This document shows positions 37,545 through 47,119 of a stretch of DNA of 64,000 nucleotides, one piece after another (the stretch's first letter is position 1; every line of letters begins with the position of its first letter). The notes under the pieces are model-generated. The model was not told the origin of the DNA and did not search any database. It saw only the letters and a program-made list of their open reading frames with translations. The stretch spans positions 2,166-66,165 of the forward strand of contig CAJUIP010000006.1 of the NCBI GenBank assembly GCA_910586315.1, in the 5' to 3' direction. A program made the translations under genes and the position numbers. This stretch comes from an uncultured Lachnospiraceae bacterium (lineage in GTDB: Bacteria > Bacillota > Clostridia > Lachnospirales > Lachnospiraceae).

Positions 37545-38031
37545 AAATGGAAATATTTTGGCATCAGAAAATCAGCAAGTCATTATAAATGATGTAATTG
37601 ATGTAAAAATGGGTGTGCATTTGCATAAAACTTAAATAAATAAAGATAAGAACAACAAAGAACATGCCGAGTTCGAGTAGTACAAGAGTATATTATTTAT
37701 TTTATATGGCAGGCAGTCTATGAGATTGCCTGTCATATTTGCAATCTCTTATTTATATGAAAAGATGTTGGCTATGAAAAACTGGGATATTCCTATTTGG
37801 ATATGACAATGGACGAACTTGATTTAGAGCTGGGGACGTTTAGAAAGTTGAAAAAGAGGGAGACTTCAGGATGATAGTTGTTGCCAGCATTCTTAAAAGA
37901 GCAACCGGACTTATGACTACATAGCAATGTCTTATCGGATGGAGATTGTGGAGGATAAAGATGAAGGCGGTTTTGTGGTAAGAGAATGATTGGCAGGCAG
38001 TTGTGCGACAAATAAATCCATATTATTAACT

Positions 38032-38075
38032 AAGCCCATAGCTGTGGGTATGAAACTCATAGCTATGGGTTTTTT
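38032..38075. terminator. Intrinsic terminator downstream of the che-C39 operon
   Basis: AAGCCCATAGCT...AGCTATGGGTTT stem with T-run. Confidence 0.6.
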
Positions 38076-38155
38076 AACGTCTTTGTTCGCCTGGGTTGAT
38101 ATAAGCTGTCCCTTTTTACTTTCGCAGGCCTGTTTAAAACTATGAGAAACACGCT

Positions 38156-39076
38156 TCAAGCAGGAGGACTGACGGCCCAAAGGGGAGCCCCGCTGTCGCG
38201 GCTTCCCTTTAATTCGGACAGCAGTTTGGAGAGTTCCCATTCTTTTGTGCTGTTTGCGTAGCTGCCCGGATCGGCGATATATACATTTCCGTTTTCCAGA
38301 AGTTTGGTAATGACAATAAAGTGGCCGTTCTGGGTAAGGGAACCTTTTCCCATAAGGGCTATAAGAACGGACCCTTCTCTCAGTAAATCGGATACATGCT
38401 CCTGAGAGCGGTCCTTTACGCTTTGTACGTTCAGTCCGAACGCGGTCAGTGAATCAGCAATGAGACTGTGATAGGAGCCGTGATCCGGAGCGTAATATCC
38501 ATTGGCTGCCGCCCAGTCGGCGGCTTCGGGCGGCGTAAGGTTTACAGAAGAAAAGCTGGAAATAACCATAGCCACGGCCGTCGGCCCGCAGCCGTGGGAG
38601 CGTATGGGGTCGGCGCCGCCGTATAAATAATCCGCCCACCGGCTGTCGCCCTGATTATAATAAATCATAGGGCCCATAGCGCTGTCCATGATGTAATAAT
38701 AGGTGTTTTCCTCCGTCTCCGTCAGAGCGGTATCCAAATCTTCTATCGCCCCCATCTCTCCCGAGGAAATAAGCTTTTCCAAATCTTTTTGGGGAGGTTC
38801 TTCTGCGGCAGCAGACTCGGGTGAAATTGGAGAAGATGCCGTTGAGGGAGGAGACTCCGGCGAAGATGTATCGGGAGATTCTTCCTCAGCGTCAGCGGTT
38901 GCCCGCTCCAACCGCGCGAAAAGCTCTTTTGGCAAAGAAGCAGCCCGTGAAAGGAGGGCTGGATTTGCCCATAAGAGACTGATGCACAGTGAGCAGGAAG
39001 AAAGAACAATGCCGGCTGTCAAAATATGCTGAAGAAGTGAATATAGCGTCGGCTGTTTCTTTTTTTTGCGTTTCAT
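38156..39076 (-). CDS. Membrane-anchored C39-like (papain-fold) peptidase
   Basis: Basic N-terminus plus TM; YYNQ.D.RW....YG, GCGPT..AM (Cys), GHFIV (His) and I.DP (Asp). Confidence 0.85.
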   Translation of the reverse strand: MKRKKKKQPTLYSLLQHILTAGIVLSSCSLCISLLWANPALLSRAASLPKELFARLERATADAEEESPDTSSPESPPSTASSPISPESAAAEEPPQKDLEKLISSGEMGAIEDLDTALTETEENTYYYIMDSAMGPMIYYNQGDSRWADYLYGGADPIRSHGCGPTAVAMVISSFSSVNLTPPEAADWAAANGYYAPDHGSYHSLIADSLTAFGLNVQSVKDRSQEHVSDLLREGSVLIALMGKGSLTQNGHFIVITKLLENGNVYIADPGSYANSTKEWELSKLLSELKGSRDSGAPLWAVSPPA

Positions 39077-39084
39077 GACCTGTC

Positions 39085-40170
39085 CTATAGAGTCCCACCA
39101 GATTTTACGGCCAATTGAGTCAGTTGGTTCAAAACGACCTGATGGATGGAGTTTAAGCTTGCCTGGACGCATACGGCGCCTATTTTATGCGCCTCCATTG
39201 GCATTCCGTAGACAACGCAGGAATCCCGGTCCTGACCGATGGTGTAAGCTCCGTTCTTTCTCATACGCAAAAGTCCGGCGGCTCCATCAGCTCCCATGCC
39301 TGTAAGCAGGACCCCTATGGCGTTTTCCTTTGCCGTGTAAGCCACAGAATCAAAAAGTACATCAACAGAAGGCCGGTGCCCGCTTACCTTTTCTCCATCC
39401 GCGCACTGCACGGCATAGCCGGTTCCCATCCGAACCACGCGCATATGTTTTCCGCCTGGAGCTAACAAAACGTGATTAGGTTCAATCCGCTCTCCGCCTT
39501 GGGCTTCTTTTACCGTAAGACGGCACTGCCGGTTTAAACGTTCTGCGTACATGGACGTAAATCCTTCCGGCATATGCTGGGTAATCACAATTCCCGGCAT
39601 ATTGGCAGGAAATTTGGTCAGAATTTCAAGGATGGCTTCGGTTCCCCCAGTGGAAGCTCCGATGGCGATGATTATTTTATTGTCTATTGCGGCCCGTGCA
39701 GAAGAAAGGGCACGGCCCTTTTCCTGACTAAGAAGAGGCCGTACCGCTGCGGGTTTTGCGTTTTCCGGAATACGCACATGGAAATTAGAGGCAAACATGA
39801 GCTTAGAGGAAAGCCTGGTCAAAAAAATTTCTTTTTCATTGGCGCTCCCCATATCCGGCTTTTGTACATAGTCCACGGCCCCGGCAGCAAGAGCATCGAT
39901 TACCTTTATGCTTAAAGAAGATACAAGAATAACAGGAACCGGGTGGAGTGGAAGAAGCTTCTTCAAAAAATCAATGCCGGACATTCCCGGCATTTCAATG
40001 TCCAGCGTAACAATATCGGGCTTTAACAGTGGGATTTTCCGCTGGGCGTCAAAGGCGTCCACGGCATAGCCCACAATCTCAAACCTTTCGTTCTTTGATA
40101 AGGAACTCATGAGCCAGCTTCTGTAAACAGCAGAATCATCAACTATCATCAAACGAATTTTTTTATCCAT
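39085..40170 (-). CDS. cheB: Chemotaxis methylesterase response regulator
   Basis: REC domain plus GASTGG, QHMP, HRPSVD and LTGMGADG motifs. Confidence 0.96.
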   Translation of the reverse strand: MDKKIRLMIVDDSAVYRSWLMSSLSKNERFEIVGYAVDAFDAQRKIPLLKPDIVTLDIEMPGMSGIDFLKKLLPLHPVPVILVSSLSIKVIDALAAGAVDYVQKPDMGSANEKEIFLTRLSSKLMFASNFHVRIPENAKPAAVRPLLSQEKGRALSSARAAIDNKIIIAIGASTGGTEAILEILTKFPANMPGIVITQHMPEGFTSMYAERLNRQCRLTVKEAQGGERIEPNHVLLAPGGKHMRVVRMGTGYAVQCADGEKVSGHRPSVDVLFDSVAYTAKENAIGVLLTGMGADGAAGLLRMRKNGAYTIGQDRDSCVVYGMPMEAHKIGAVCVQASLNSIHQVVLNQLTQLAVKSGGTL

Positions 40171-40201
40171 AACAAAAATCCCTTCTTTTTACAGAATGCG
40201 G

Positions 40202-41017
40202 TTACAGGCTGCGGCGGTAAACCGCAGGAACAATATAATCATAAGGACAGTTTTCTTTGCTTAAACTTTCTGAATGGCCGATAAAAAGATAGCCGCCTGG
40301 TACGGTAGCCTGATAAAAGCGCCGGATCAGGGCTTCTTTTGTAGGCAGATCAAAATAGATCATAACATTCCGGCAGAAAATAAGATCGAAACGCCGCCTG
40401 AACTGGATTGGGTCCATTAGATTAAACGTGCGGAAAATAACATTTTGCCGAATAATCGGAGCAATGGTGTAAGAGCCTGTGCCATCTTTTACAAAATATT
40501 TGTGCTTCCATGCAGAGGGAACACGGGCCAGGCTTTCCTCATGATAGGAGGGGTGCTGAGCCGCATCCAGGATATTCTGTGAAATATCGGTGGCCAGGAT
40601 ACGGGTATCCCAGGCGGGCGCCTGGGAACCGAAAAATTCCTTCAGATACATGGAGATTGTGTAGGGCTCTTCTCCAGAGGAACAGCCTGCGCTCCAGATG
40701 GAAAGTACTTTATCGTGGGCGTGTTTCTTAGCCAGCTCTGGAAGCACCGTTTTATTCAGATAATCAAAGTGCTCTTCCTCACGCATAAAATATGTATAGT
40801 TTGTAGTGAGCTTATTTAGCATATCCGTAACCATTTCAGGTTTCCGGGAGGATACCAGATCATCCACATATTTGGTAAAATTCGCATATCCCATCTTTGC
40901 AAGGGTATTGGAAAGTCTGCTTACAATCAGCTGTTTTTTCTGGGATAAGTCAATTCCATAATGTTTTTGTATATAGACATACAGCCGCTGGAAATCCGCT
41001 TCACTCAGGCTTAACAT
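40202..41017 (-). CDS. cheR: Chemotaxis methyltransferase
   Basis: TTNYT.F.RE, WSAGCSSGEEPY, ATDIS, FCRNVMIYF and GHSE motifs. Confidence 0.96.
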   Translation of the reverse strand: MLSLSEADFQRLYVYIQKHYGIDLSQKKQLIVSRLSNTLAKMGYANFTKYVDDLVSSRKPEMVTDMLNKLTTNYTYFMREEEHFDYLNKTVLPELAKKHAHDKVLSIWSAGCSSGEEPYTISMYLKEFFGSQAPAWDTRILATDISQNILDAAQHPSYHEESLARVPSAWKHKYFVKDGTGSYTIAPIIRQNVIFRTFNLMDPIQFRRRFDLIFCRNVMIYFDLPTKEALIRRFYQATVPGGYLFIGHSESLSKENCPYDYIVPAVYRRSL

Positions 41018-41044
41018 AAAAAATCAATCTCCTCTCGTCGTATT

Positions 41045-41524
41045 TTAACAGGGATCGTTGACAAGGGCCTTGCAGTCAAAGGACATAAGGACACGTCCGT
41101 CTTCCAGAGTTACCATGCCGTCTAAAAGCTTCTGCTGACGCTTTACAGGAATGGAGCGGACATTTGCAAGGTCAATATCAATTACCTGCTGTACGGAATC
41201 TACAATGATTCCCAGAGAAAGAGAGTCCACCTGGAGAACAATGACGCAGGTCTGGCGGGTGTATTCCTTTTCCTCATAGCCCATGTAAAGACGGATATCG
41301 ACGACAGGAAGTATCTGTCCCCGAAGATTTAAAATTCCTTTAATGTATGGAGGAATCATAGGAATCGGGGTAATGGAATGGCCGTTTATCATTTCGATGA
41401 CATAACTTGTACTCATGAACAGAGAAAGGGCACCGGACTCAAAAACAAGACAACGCTCAACAGACGAACTTCCTGTCTGAATTTCGGGCTGCTTCTCTGC
41501 TTGGTTTTCAACTTGATTGGACAT
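41045..41524 (-). CDS. cheW: Chemotaxis coupling protein
   Basis: P.YIKGI.NLRG.I.PVVD and GIIVD.V motifs. Confidence 0.93.
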   Translation of the reverse strand: MSNQVENQAEKQPEIQTGSSSVERCLVFESGALSLFMSTSYVIEMINGHSITPIPMIPPYIKGILNLRGQILPVVDIRLYMGYEEKEYTRQTCVIVLQVDSLSLGIIVDSVQQVIDIDLANVRSIPVKRQQKLLDGMVTLEDGRVLMSFDCKALVNDPC

Positions 41525-41543
41525 GATACAAAACCTCCCTCAA

Positions 41544-43640
41544 TTACATACTTTTAATAGCGGCAGCGTACAGACCGAGAATATCCAGGATAATACTGAT
41601 ATTTCCATCCCCGAGGATGGTGCATCCGCTTATGCCGTAATTTTTGAGTTCAAACGAGTTCAAATATGCGGGAAGAGGTTTCACCACAACCTGCTGTTCT
41701 CCTATCAGACTGTCAACGAACAGGCAGTAGGAGCAGTCGCCGGCCTCCACCCATATCAGTATTCCGTCCCTCATATTGGAAGCGTTGGTATCCATGTGGA
41801 AAAATTGATGAAGCCGGAGAATCGGATAAAAGCTGCCGAGGCAGTCGACGATTTCGTTCCCGTATTCATCATGAATCACCTGTTCCTCCGTTACCTTAAA
41901 GGACTGACGGATATTGGAAACAGGGATGGTGAAAATCGAATCTCCAACCGTAATCTTCATGCCGTCCACGATTGCCAGCGTAAGAGGAATCTTCATGCTG
42001 ATCGTGGTGCCTGTGCCTACTTCACTGGCAATGGAAATCGTTCCGCCCACGGATTCCACGTTCTTTTTGACAACATCCATTCCCACGCCGCGGCCGGAAT
42101 ATTCCGTCACGGCCTTGTTGGTTGAGAATCCGGGAAGCATGATAAGCCCCAGGGCTTCCTTTTGCGTGTACTCACTTTCAGGCTTTGTAAGGAGTCCCTT
42201 TTCAGCTGCTTTTGCAAGGAGCTTCTGGGCATCCATTCCATAGCCGTCGTCGGATACGGAAATCACTACTTCGCTGCTGGTGTGAGAAGCGCTGAGAATG
42301 ATCTCTCCCTGAGCAGCCTTGCCGGCATCGATACGCTCCTGCTGGGTTTCCTCGATTCCATGGTCCATGCTGTTACGGACAATATGCATAATGGGATCCT
42401 GTATGCTGTCGACGATTGTTTTGTCGACCTCCGTATCTTCTCCGATAATGGTAAGGCGCACATCCTTTCCCAGTTTCTGCTTCATGTCCCTGACAATGCG
42501 GTTCATCTTCTGGAATACCCCTGATATGGGCACCATGCGTAAGGACATGGAAATATCCTGAAGATCATGTGTGAGCTTACGCAGCTGCCGCGCAGACTTC
42601 ATAAAGTTGTCAAAGCTCTCTTTAGGCAAAAGGTTCAGCTCCGGAGAGGAGGTGACCATAGATTCTGTAATTACAATTTCGCCTACAATATCATTAAGGC
42701 TGTTTAACTTCGTCAGATTAACGCTGATCAGGCTCTGCTTTACCGGAGAATGGCTGGGCGCGGCAGCGGAAGGGCTGGCGGCTGCCGGTTTCGCGGCAGG
42801 AAGGGCAGCGTTATCCACAGCAGGGGAAGCCGGCGCTTCGGCGGGAACAACTTCCTTATCCTGGACAGGCTCCGGGGGATTCAGCAATTCATAGGATCTT
42901 ATATAATTCTGCGTCTGCATAATGCTTTCCGCCTGAGCGGCTGTGTCTTGGCTTTCGAAGGCCAGGAAGAAACCGTTGTCGATAAGTTCCTGGCAGACGG
43001 ACGGATTCGTTTCCATATCCGCCGGATAATATCTGAAATCCAGGCCGCATTCTTTGAGGTTGTTGACAATAATATAAGCCCGCAGGTTTTCCATTCCGAT
43101 TCCTTCTTCAAGGAAAATATGGATAAAGCAGACCGCTTTGGAATCCTGAGGCAAAACGGGAGCGTCCGCTTTCGCTTTTGGGGCGGCGGAGACTTCCTGG
43201 GTATCTTCTGCGGCGGCACTGTCTCCTTCGGAACTTATTTTTTTGAGAAATTCATTGATTTCAGAGGCGAACGAATCAATGTTATCAGAAAGCGGTTCTC
43301 CGCTTTCCACTTTTCCAACCTCGCTCCTTAAATAATCCTCTGATTTGAACATCAGGTCAAACAGCTCCCTCTTATGTTCCGGATTCAGAGAGTCAATTCC
43401 TTTATCGCGGATATAGAAAAACAAATCCTCGATATGATGAGCGATTGTAGAAAGGGAATTAAATTCCATCATGGCAGAGGAGCCTTTGATGGTATGCATG
43501 ATTCGGAAAATTTCATTCACATCATCCGGGGAAAAGTCCCCTTCTTTTTCGTCCTTTACCAGCATTTCATCTAGCTGATCCAACAGAGAATTGGATTCAT
43601 ATAGATAGGTATCAAGAATATCATTCATGCCGTTATCCAT
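41544..43640 (-). CDS. cheA: Chemotaxis histidine kinase
   Basis: IFR.MHTIKG Hpt, P2, H.VRNS.DHG, DDG.G, SGRGVGMDVV and C-terminal CheW domain. Confidence 0.97.
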   Translation of the reverse strand: MDNGMNDILDTYLYESNSLLDQLDEMLVKDEKEGDFSPDDVNEIFRIMHTIKGSSAMMEFNSLSTIAHHIEDLFFYIRDKGIDSLNPEHKRELFDLMFKSEDYLRSEVGKVESGEPLSDNIDSFASEINEFLKKISSEGDSAAAEDTQEVSAAPKAKADAPVLPQDSKAVCFIHIFLEEGIGMENLRAYIIVNNLKECGLDFRYYPADMETNPSVCQELIDNGFFLAFESQDTAAQAESIMQTQNYIRSYELLNPPEPVQDKEVVPAEAPASPAVDNAALPAAKPAAASPSAAAPSHSPVKQSLISVNLTKLNSLNDIVGEIVITESMVTSSPELNLLPKESFDNFMKSARQLRKLTHDLQDISMSLRMVPISGVFQKMNRIVRDMKQKLGKDVRLTIIGEDTEVDKTIVDSIQDPIMHIVRNSMDHGIEETQQERIDAGKAAQGEIILSASHTSSEVVISVSDDGYGMDAQKLLAKAAEKGLLTKPESEYTQKEALGLIMLPGFSTNKAVTEYSGRGVGMDVVKKNVESVGGTISIASEVGTGTTISMKIPLTLAIVDGMKITVGDSIFTIPVSNIRQSFKVTEEQVIHDEYGNEIVDCLGSFYPILRLHQFFHMDTNASNMRDGILIWVEAGDCSYCLFVDSLIGEQQVVVKPLPAYLNSFELKNYGISGCTILGDGNISIILDILGLYAAAIKSM

Positions 43641-43695
43641 TGCGTTCCCACCACTTTCGTTAAAATATAGTTGTAAGTCATAAATCTTTATTTAT

Positions 43696-43723
43696 TTATC
43701 GGCAAAAAGTAAAAAAAAATAAG
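43696..43723 (-). promoter_or_regulatory. Sigma28 promoter of the cheA operon (CTTAT-N15-GCCGATAA)
   Basis: Reverse complement of TTATCGGC-N15-ATAAG. Confidence 0.8.
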
Positions 43724-43748
43724 GAAAAAATATGAGAATTAAATAATA

Positions 43749-43776
43749 GTTATAAATTGCGAAAAAGTGCCGATAT
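43749..43776 (+). promoter_or_regulatory. Sigma28 promoter (GTTAT-N15-GCCGATAT), divergent from cheA
   Basis: Read directly; back-to-back with the cheA promoter. Confidence 0.75.
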
Positions 43777-43808
43777 AAATTAAAATAATGTGGAAAGGCG
43801 GCAGTACT

Positions 43809-44627
43809 GTGCGGGAACAAGTGAAACAAAAAATGCGGGAAATGATTGCCACCCTTGGAAAAGGGGAGGCGATACTGGATTCCAAGATAAAGAGAAATGA
43901 TCTGGATATGCTGGAGGAGCTGCTGGAAGATATGCAGAATTCAGCAATTACCATTGGCAGAACGATTGAAGAGGAAGAGGGATACCAAACAAAAACCGTA
44001 AAAATGCTGGAAGAATACTGTGAGCTGCTCTATGAGTATCTGACGGAACAGGAACGCGGGGCGCGTTTCAAAACAGGAAGAGCTCTGGCCGGAAAACGGG
44101 GAGAGATCAGCAAATGCCTGGAAACAGAGTTTGAAGGTACTCTGGTGGCTGTGTTTCTTGTTGGCAGTCAGGAGGGATGGCAGCTGATGGAGCCATTCTG
44201 GAACAGCCTTGGGGATAAGGCAAAACGCCATCTTTTCTGCGTATCACCTGCGTGCCCGGATGTCCTTGACGGGATAAAATCAGAAAATTTTGAATGGTAT
44301 GATATGAGCGGAGAACGTCCGGATTTTGTATTTCTGGACGGTCCGGGAGGAAAAACGGCCTGTGAGTTCGGAATGATCAGGGAAAACGCGGAGGTTGTAT
44401 TTTATCTTCCACACTGGGAGGAAGGAGCAGAGCCGGAAAAGGAAGACTGTACAGGCCCTGCCGCCCGCTGGTCGGATATTCTCGTGGTTTCGTCAAAAGA
44501 GGCGGGAGAGCTTTACAGCAGATACATGAGCGCTCTGGAAAATGGAAAGGAACTGGCACGCAGGATATATGTGGCCGGTGTGGCGGACAGCGCTAAGCTC
44601 ATGAAAAAATATAAAAATTACTCTTAA
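43809..44627 (+). CDS. Sigma28-regulated hypothetical protein, resembling a degenerate glycerophosphotransferase-like protein
   Basis: GTG start after AAGGCGG. Helical N-terminus (Q..AI.IG..IE..EG......LEEYCE.LY) then VFL....W..MEP.W, RPD.VF and D.LVV.S segments. Confidence 0.55.
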   Translation: MREQVKQKMREMIATLGKGEAILDSKIKRNDLDMLEELLEDMQNSAITIGRTIEEEEGYQTKTVKMLEEYCELLYEYLTEQERGARFKTGRALAGKRGEISKCLETEFEGTLVAVFLVGSQEGWQLMEPFWNSLGDKAKRHLFCVSPACPDVLDGIKSENFEWYDMSGERPDFVFLDGPGGKTACEFGMIRENAEVVFYLPHWEEGAEPEKEDCTGPAARWSDILVVSSKEAGELYSRYMSALENGKELARRIYVAGVADSAKLMKKYKNYS

Positions 44628-44650
44628 CTTTTTTCTTTTTTTGACGATAT
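44623..44650 (+). promoter_or_regulatory. Sigma28 promoter of the MCP gene (CTTAA-N15-GACGATAT)
   Basis: Same spacing as the others, with one mismatch in each box. Confidence 0.65.
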
Positions 44651-44697
44651 ATAAAATAAATGTTTTCTACAAAATTACAAGATAAAGGAGAGTTATT

Positions 44698-46443
44698 ATG
44701 TTTGAAAAAATGAAGCTGAGAACCTATTTGCTAACAGTATTTTCCGCTATCATTGCTCTGACAGGCATTTTGACGGCTGTTGCTGTGTTTGGAATGGGTA
44801 AAATCGAAAGCGGCGCCAATAATCTGTTGGACAATGTGATTGCCGCGGATACCGCTATGAAAGAATGCCGGATCCATGTAAATGTTGCGGCACGGGACCT
44901 GCGGGAAATGATGCTTACAGAAGATCAGGCTACAGAAGAAAAACTGAAATCCGATATAAACGCAAGTCTGGCGTCCGTGAAAGAGAGACTGGCTGTGTTC
45001 AAAAGCGTTTACGGCACACAGGATGGATTGGCGACAGAATATGAAACTGCGTTTAATCAGTGGACTGATATTGCCAACAGAGCGATATCTGAGATAGACA
45101 AAGGCAACAAGGAACAGGCAAAAACTATTATATTAAATGAATGCTCTCCGGTTCTTACCAATCTCAGCTCCATTGCCCAGAAAATCAGTGCAGTTACAAC
45201 TCAGGAAAGAAATGAAAGTGAGAGCGCGTCTCTGCAGCAGATCACGATCTTCAGGTGGCTGTGCATTGCTACATTCATAGTTGTATTGGTGGTAAGCCTT
45301 TTCCTTGCGATTATCACAACCGGAAAGATTACCGGCATTGTCAGAAGAGTAGAAGAAGTAGTGGCCGAGCTCTCCAAAGGAAACCTGAAAGGTTCCATTG
45401 ATTATCAGGCAAACAATGAATTCGGTACTTTGGTGGAGCGTATAAATTTCTCCTTTAAAGAACTTTTAAAGTATGTGGAGACTATCGACTACGTAATGGA
45501 GGAATTCGCAAAGGGCAATTTCACCTGTGCTACAGATGTGGATTTCCTTGGAGACTTCAAGAACATAAAGATTTCCGTCGGGAATTTCCGCACAAAGATC
45601 TGCGATGTGTTAAGCGAGCTGCATGCCGCTTCTGAACAGGTGAACGTAGGCGCAAGCCAGGTTGCCAGCGGAGCACAGGCACTGGCTCAGGGAGCTACAG
45701 AGCAGGCTGGAAGCGTAGAAGATCTGTCTGACAGAATTAATGAAATATCCGAACAGATTTCAAAAAGCGCTGAGTACGCTCAGAACGCCAATACCGTGGG
45801 CCGCAAAGCCAGCGAGGTTGTAAACAGAAGCCGTGACGAGATGAAGCAGATGCTTGGTGCTATAAAAGATATTGCTATTGCTTCTGGAGATATTCAGAAA
45901 ATCATTAAGGTAATTGACGACATTGCGTTCCAGACCAACATCCTGGCATTAAATGCAGCAGTGGAAGCAGCGCGGGCAGGAAACGCAGGTAAAGGTTTTG
46001 CAGTTGTTGCAGATGAAGTACGTAATCTGGCGCAAAAGTCTCAGGATGCGGCCAAGAATACGACAGAGCTGATTGGAAGATCTTTACAGCATGTAAAGAA
46101 TGGAGAAGAACTGGCGGCAAATACGGATGCAGCATTTGATGAGATGGCCGATCAGACAACACAGATACTGGATATGGTAGAAAAAATCGCAGGTTCCTCT
46201 CAACAGCAGGCCGATGCGATTGCTAACATCTCCCAGGGTGTTAAACAGATTTCTTCTGTGGTACAGATGAATTCTGCTACATCAGAAGAAAGCGCTGCCG
46301 CGAGCGAAGAGCTGAGCGGTCAGGCCAATGTTATGAAGTCCCTGCTGAATCAGTTCCGGATATCAGAGGATGCCGGATATAAAGGCGAAACATATGCGCC
46401 GGAAAAGAGAAGGGAAATGCAGGACGACTCAAGCAAATACTAA
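44698..46443 (+). CDS. Methyl-accepting chemotaxis protein (4HB sensor, HAMP)
   Basis: Two TM segments; [34 protein letters not shown] hairpin tip. Confidence 0.96.
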   Translation: MFEKMKLRTYLLTVFSAIIALTGILTAVAVFGMGKIESGANNLLDNVIAADTAMKECRIHVNVAARDLREMMLTEDQATEEKLKSDINASLASVKERLAVFKSVYGTQDGLATEYETAFNQWTDIANRAISEIDKGNKEQAKTIILNECSPVLTNLSSIAQKISAVTTQERNESESASLQQITIFRWLCIATFIVVLVVSLFLAIITTGKITGIVRRVEEVVAELSKGNLKGSIDYQANNEFGTLVERINFSFKELLKYVETIDYVMEEFAKGNFTCATDVDFLGDFKNIKISVGNFRTKICDVLSELHAASEQVNVGASQVASGAQALAQGATEQAGSVEDLSDRINEISEQISKSAEYAQNANTVGRKASEVVNRSRDEMKQMLGAIKDIAIASGDIQKIIKVIDDIAFQTNILALNAAVEAARAGNAGKGFAVVADEVRNLAQKSQDAAKNTTELIGRSLQHVKNGEELAANTDAAFDEMADQTTQILDMVEKIAGSSQQQADAIANISQGVKQISSVVQMNSATSEESAAASEELSGQANVMKSLLNQFRISEDAGYKGETYAPEKRREMQDDSSKY

Positions 46444-46456
46444 AAGAAATTTTTGG

Positions 46457-46489
46457 CTGCCGTACCGGAATGGTACGGCAGTTTTTTTG
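46457..46489 (+). terminator. Intrinsic terminator after the MCP gene
   Basis: CTGCCGTACC-GGAAT-GGTACGGCAG followed by T7. Confidence 0.85.
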
Positions 46490-47119
46490 TTTCATAGGAA
46501 AGACCTCCTTTTCATACATGAGTAAACAATTTTTGCATAATCAGTAAAAATTTTCCAGACCTGGCCACTGCTGCGCCGTGTTCATATGAGCAAAATTTCC
46601 CGTAAAGTGGAGCGTGCGGCTACCGAAAAACAATTTTTAAACGCGTTTAGGGTTAATAATGAATTTTAGGTATTAAAAAAAATTAGATTGCAATTTTAGA
46701 GTAAATGTTATATCATAGTCTTAATCGCATGATGCGGCTCCATGGGGCTGAAATTGTGTTGCAAAGATAACAGTAACAAAAGACGAGAAAAAGTAAAGAG
46801 CGTTTCCTGTACCTTAGAAAGTACGGGGGGGGTATTTTGCATATTTTGACATTATAAATATGTGATCGCTGTTCGATATCCTTACGATTATGAGTAAAAT
46901 CCATCTGATCAGATTTACCTTACGGTCAGCACACAGATGCTCAGATCTGCGGAACAGTTACATAATGTAAAATATCTCAGCTTTACTTTTTAAGAACATA
47001 ATCCGTGTTATATTTAAGACGGATTTTTCCCTGTTTCATAGGAAAACTTCCTGCGGGAGGCTTTGCCGGGTTAGTGTATAAAATCAAGATGGCCAAGGGC
47101 CTTTCCTGTGAAACAAAAA
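46484..47119. repeat. 636-bp segment flanked by 22-bp inverted repeats, with a third internal copy
   Basis: TTTTTGTTTCATAGGAAAGACC (46484-46505) versus reverse complement of 47098-47119 TTTTTGTTTCACAGGAAAGGCC (20/22); direct copy TGTTTCATAGGAAA-ACTTCCT at 47032-47052. Confidence 0.8.
46688..46716 (+). promoter_or_regulatory. Candidate sigma-A promoter of the flgB operon (TTGCAA-N17-TATCAT)
   Basis: Hexamers and spacing read directly; implies a leader of about 480 nt. Confidence 0.55.

Larger units (their letters stand above)
34655..37703. mobile_element. Decayed integrated island bounded by a perfect 35-bp direct repeat (attL/attR-like)
   Basis: GAGTTCGAGTAGTACAAGAGTATATTATTTATTTT at 34655-34689 and 37669-37703; cargo of ICE/IME-type gene fragments; no integrase. 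Confidence 0.88.

Noticed and set aside
46825..46832. Slipped-strand phase variation at the G8 tract
   Set aside because: Short, non-coding, not in a promoter spacer, and explained as one arm of a hairpin.
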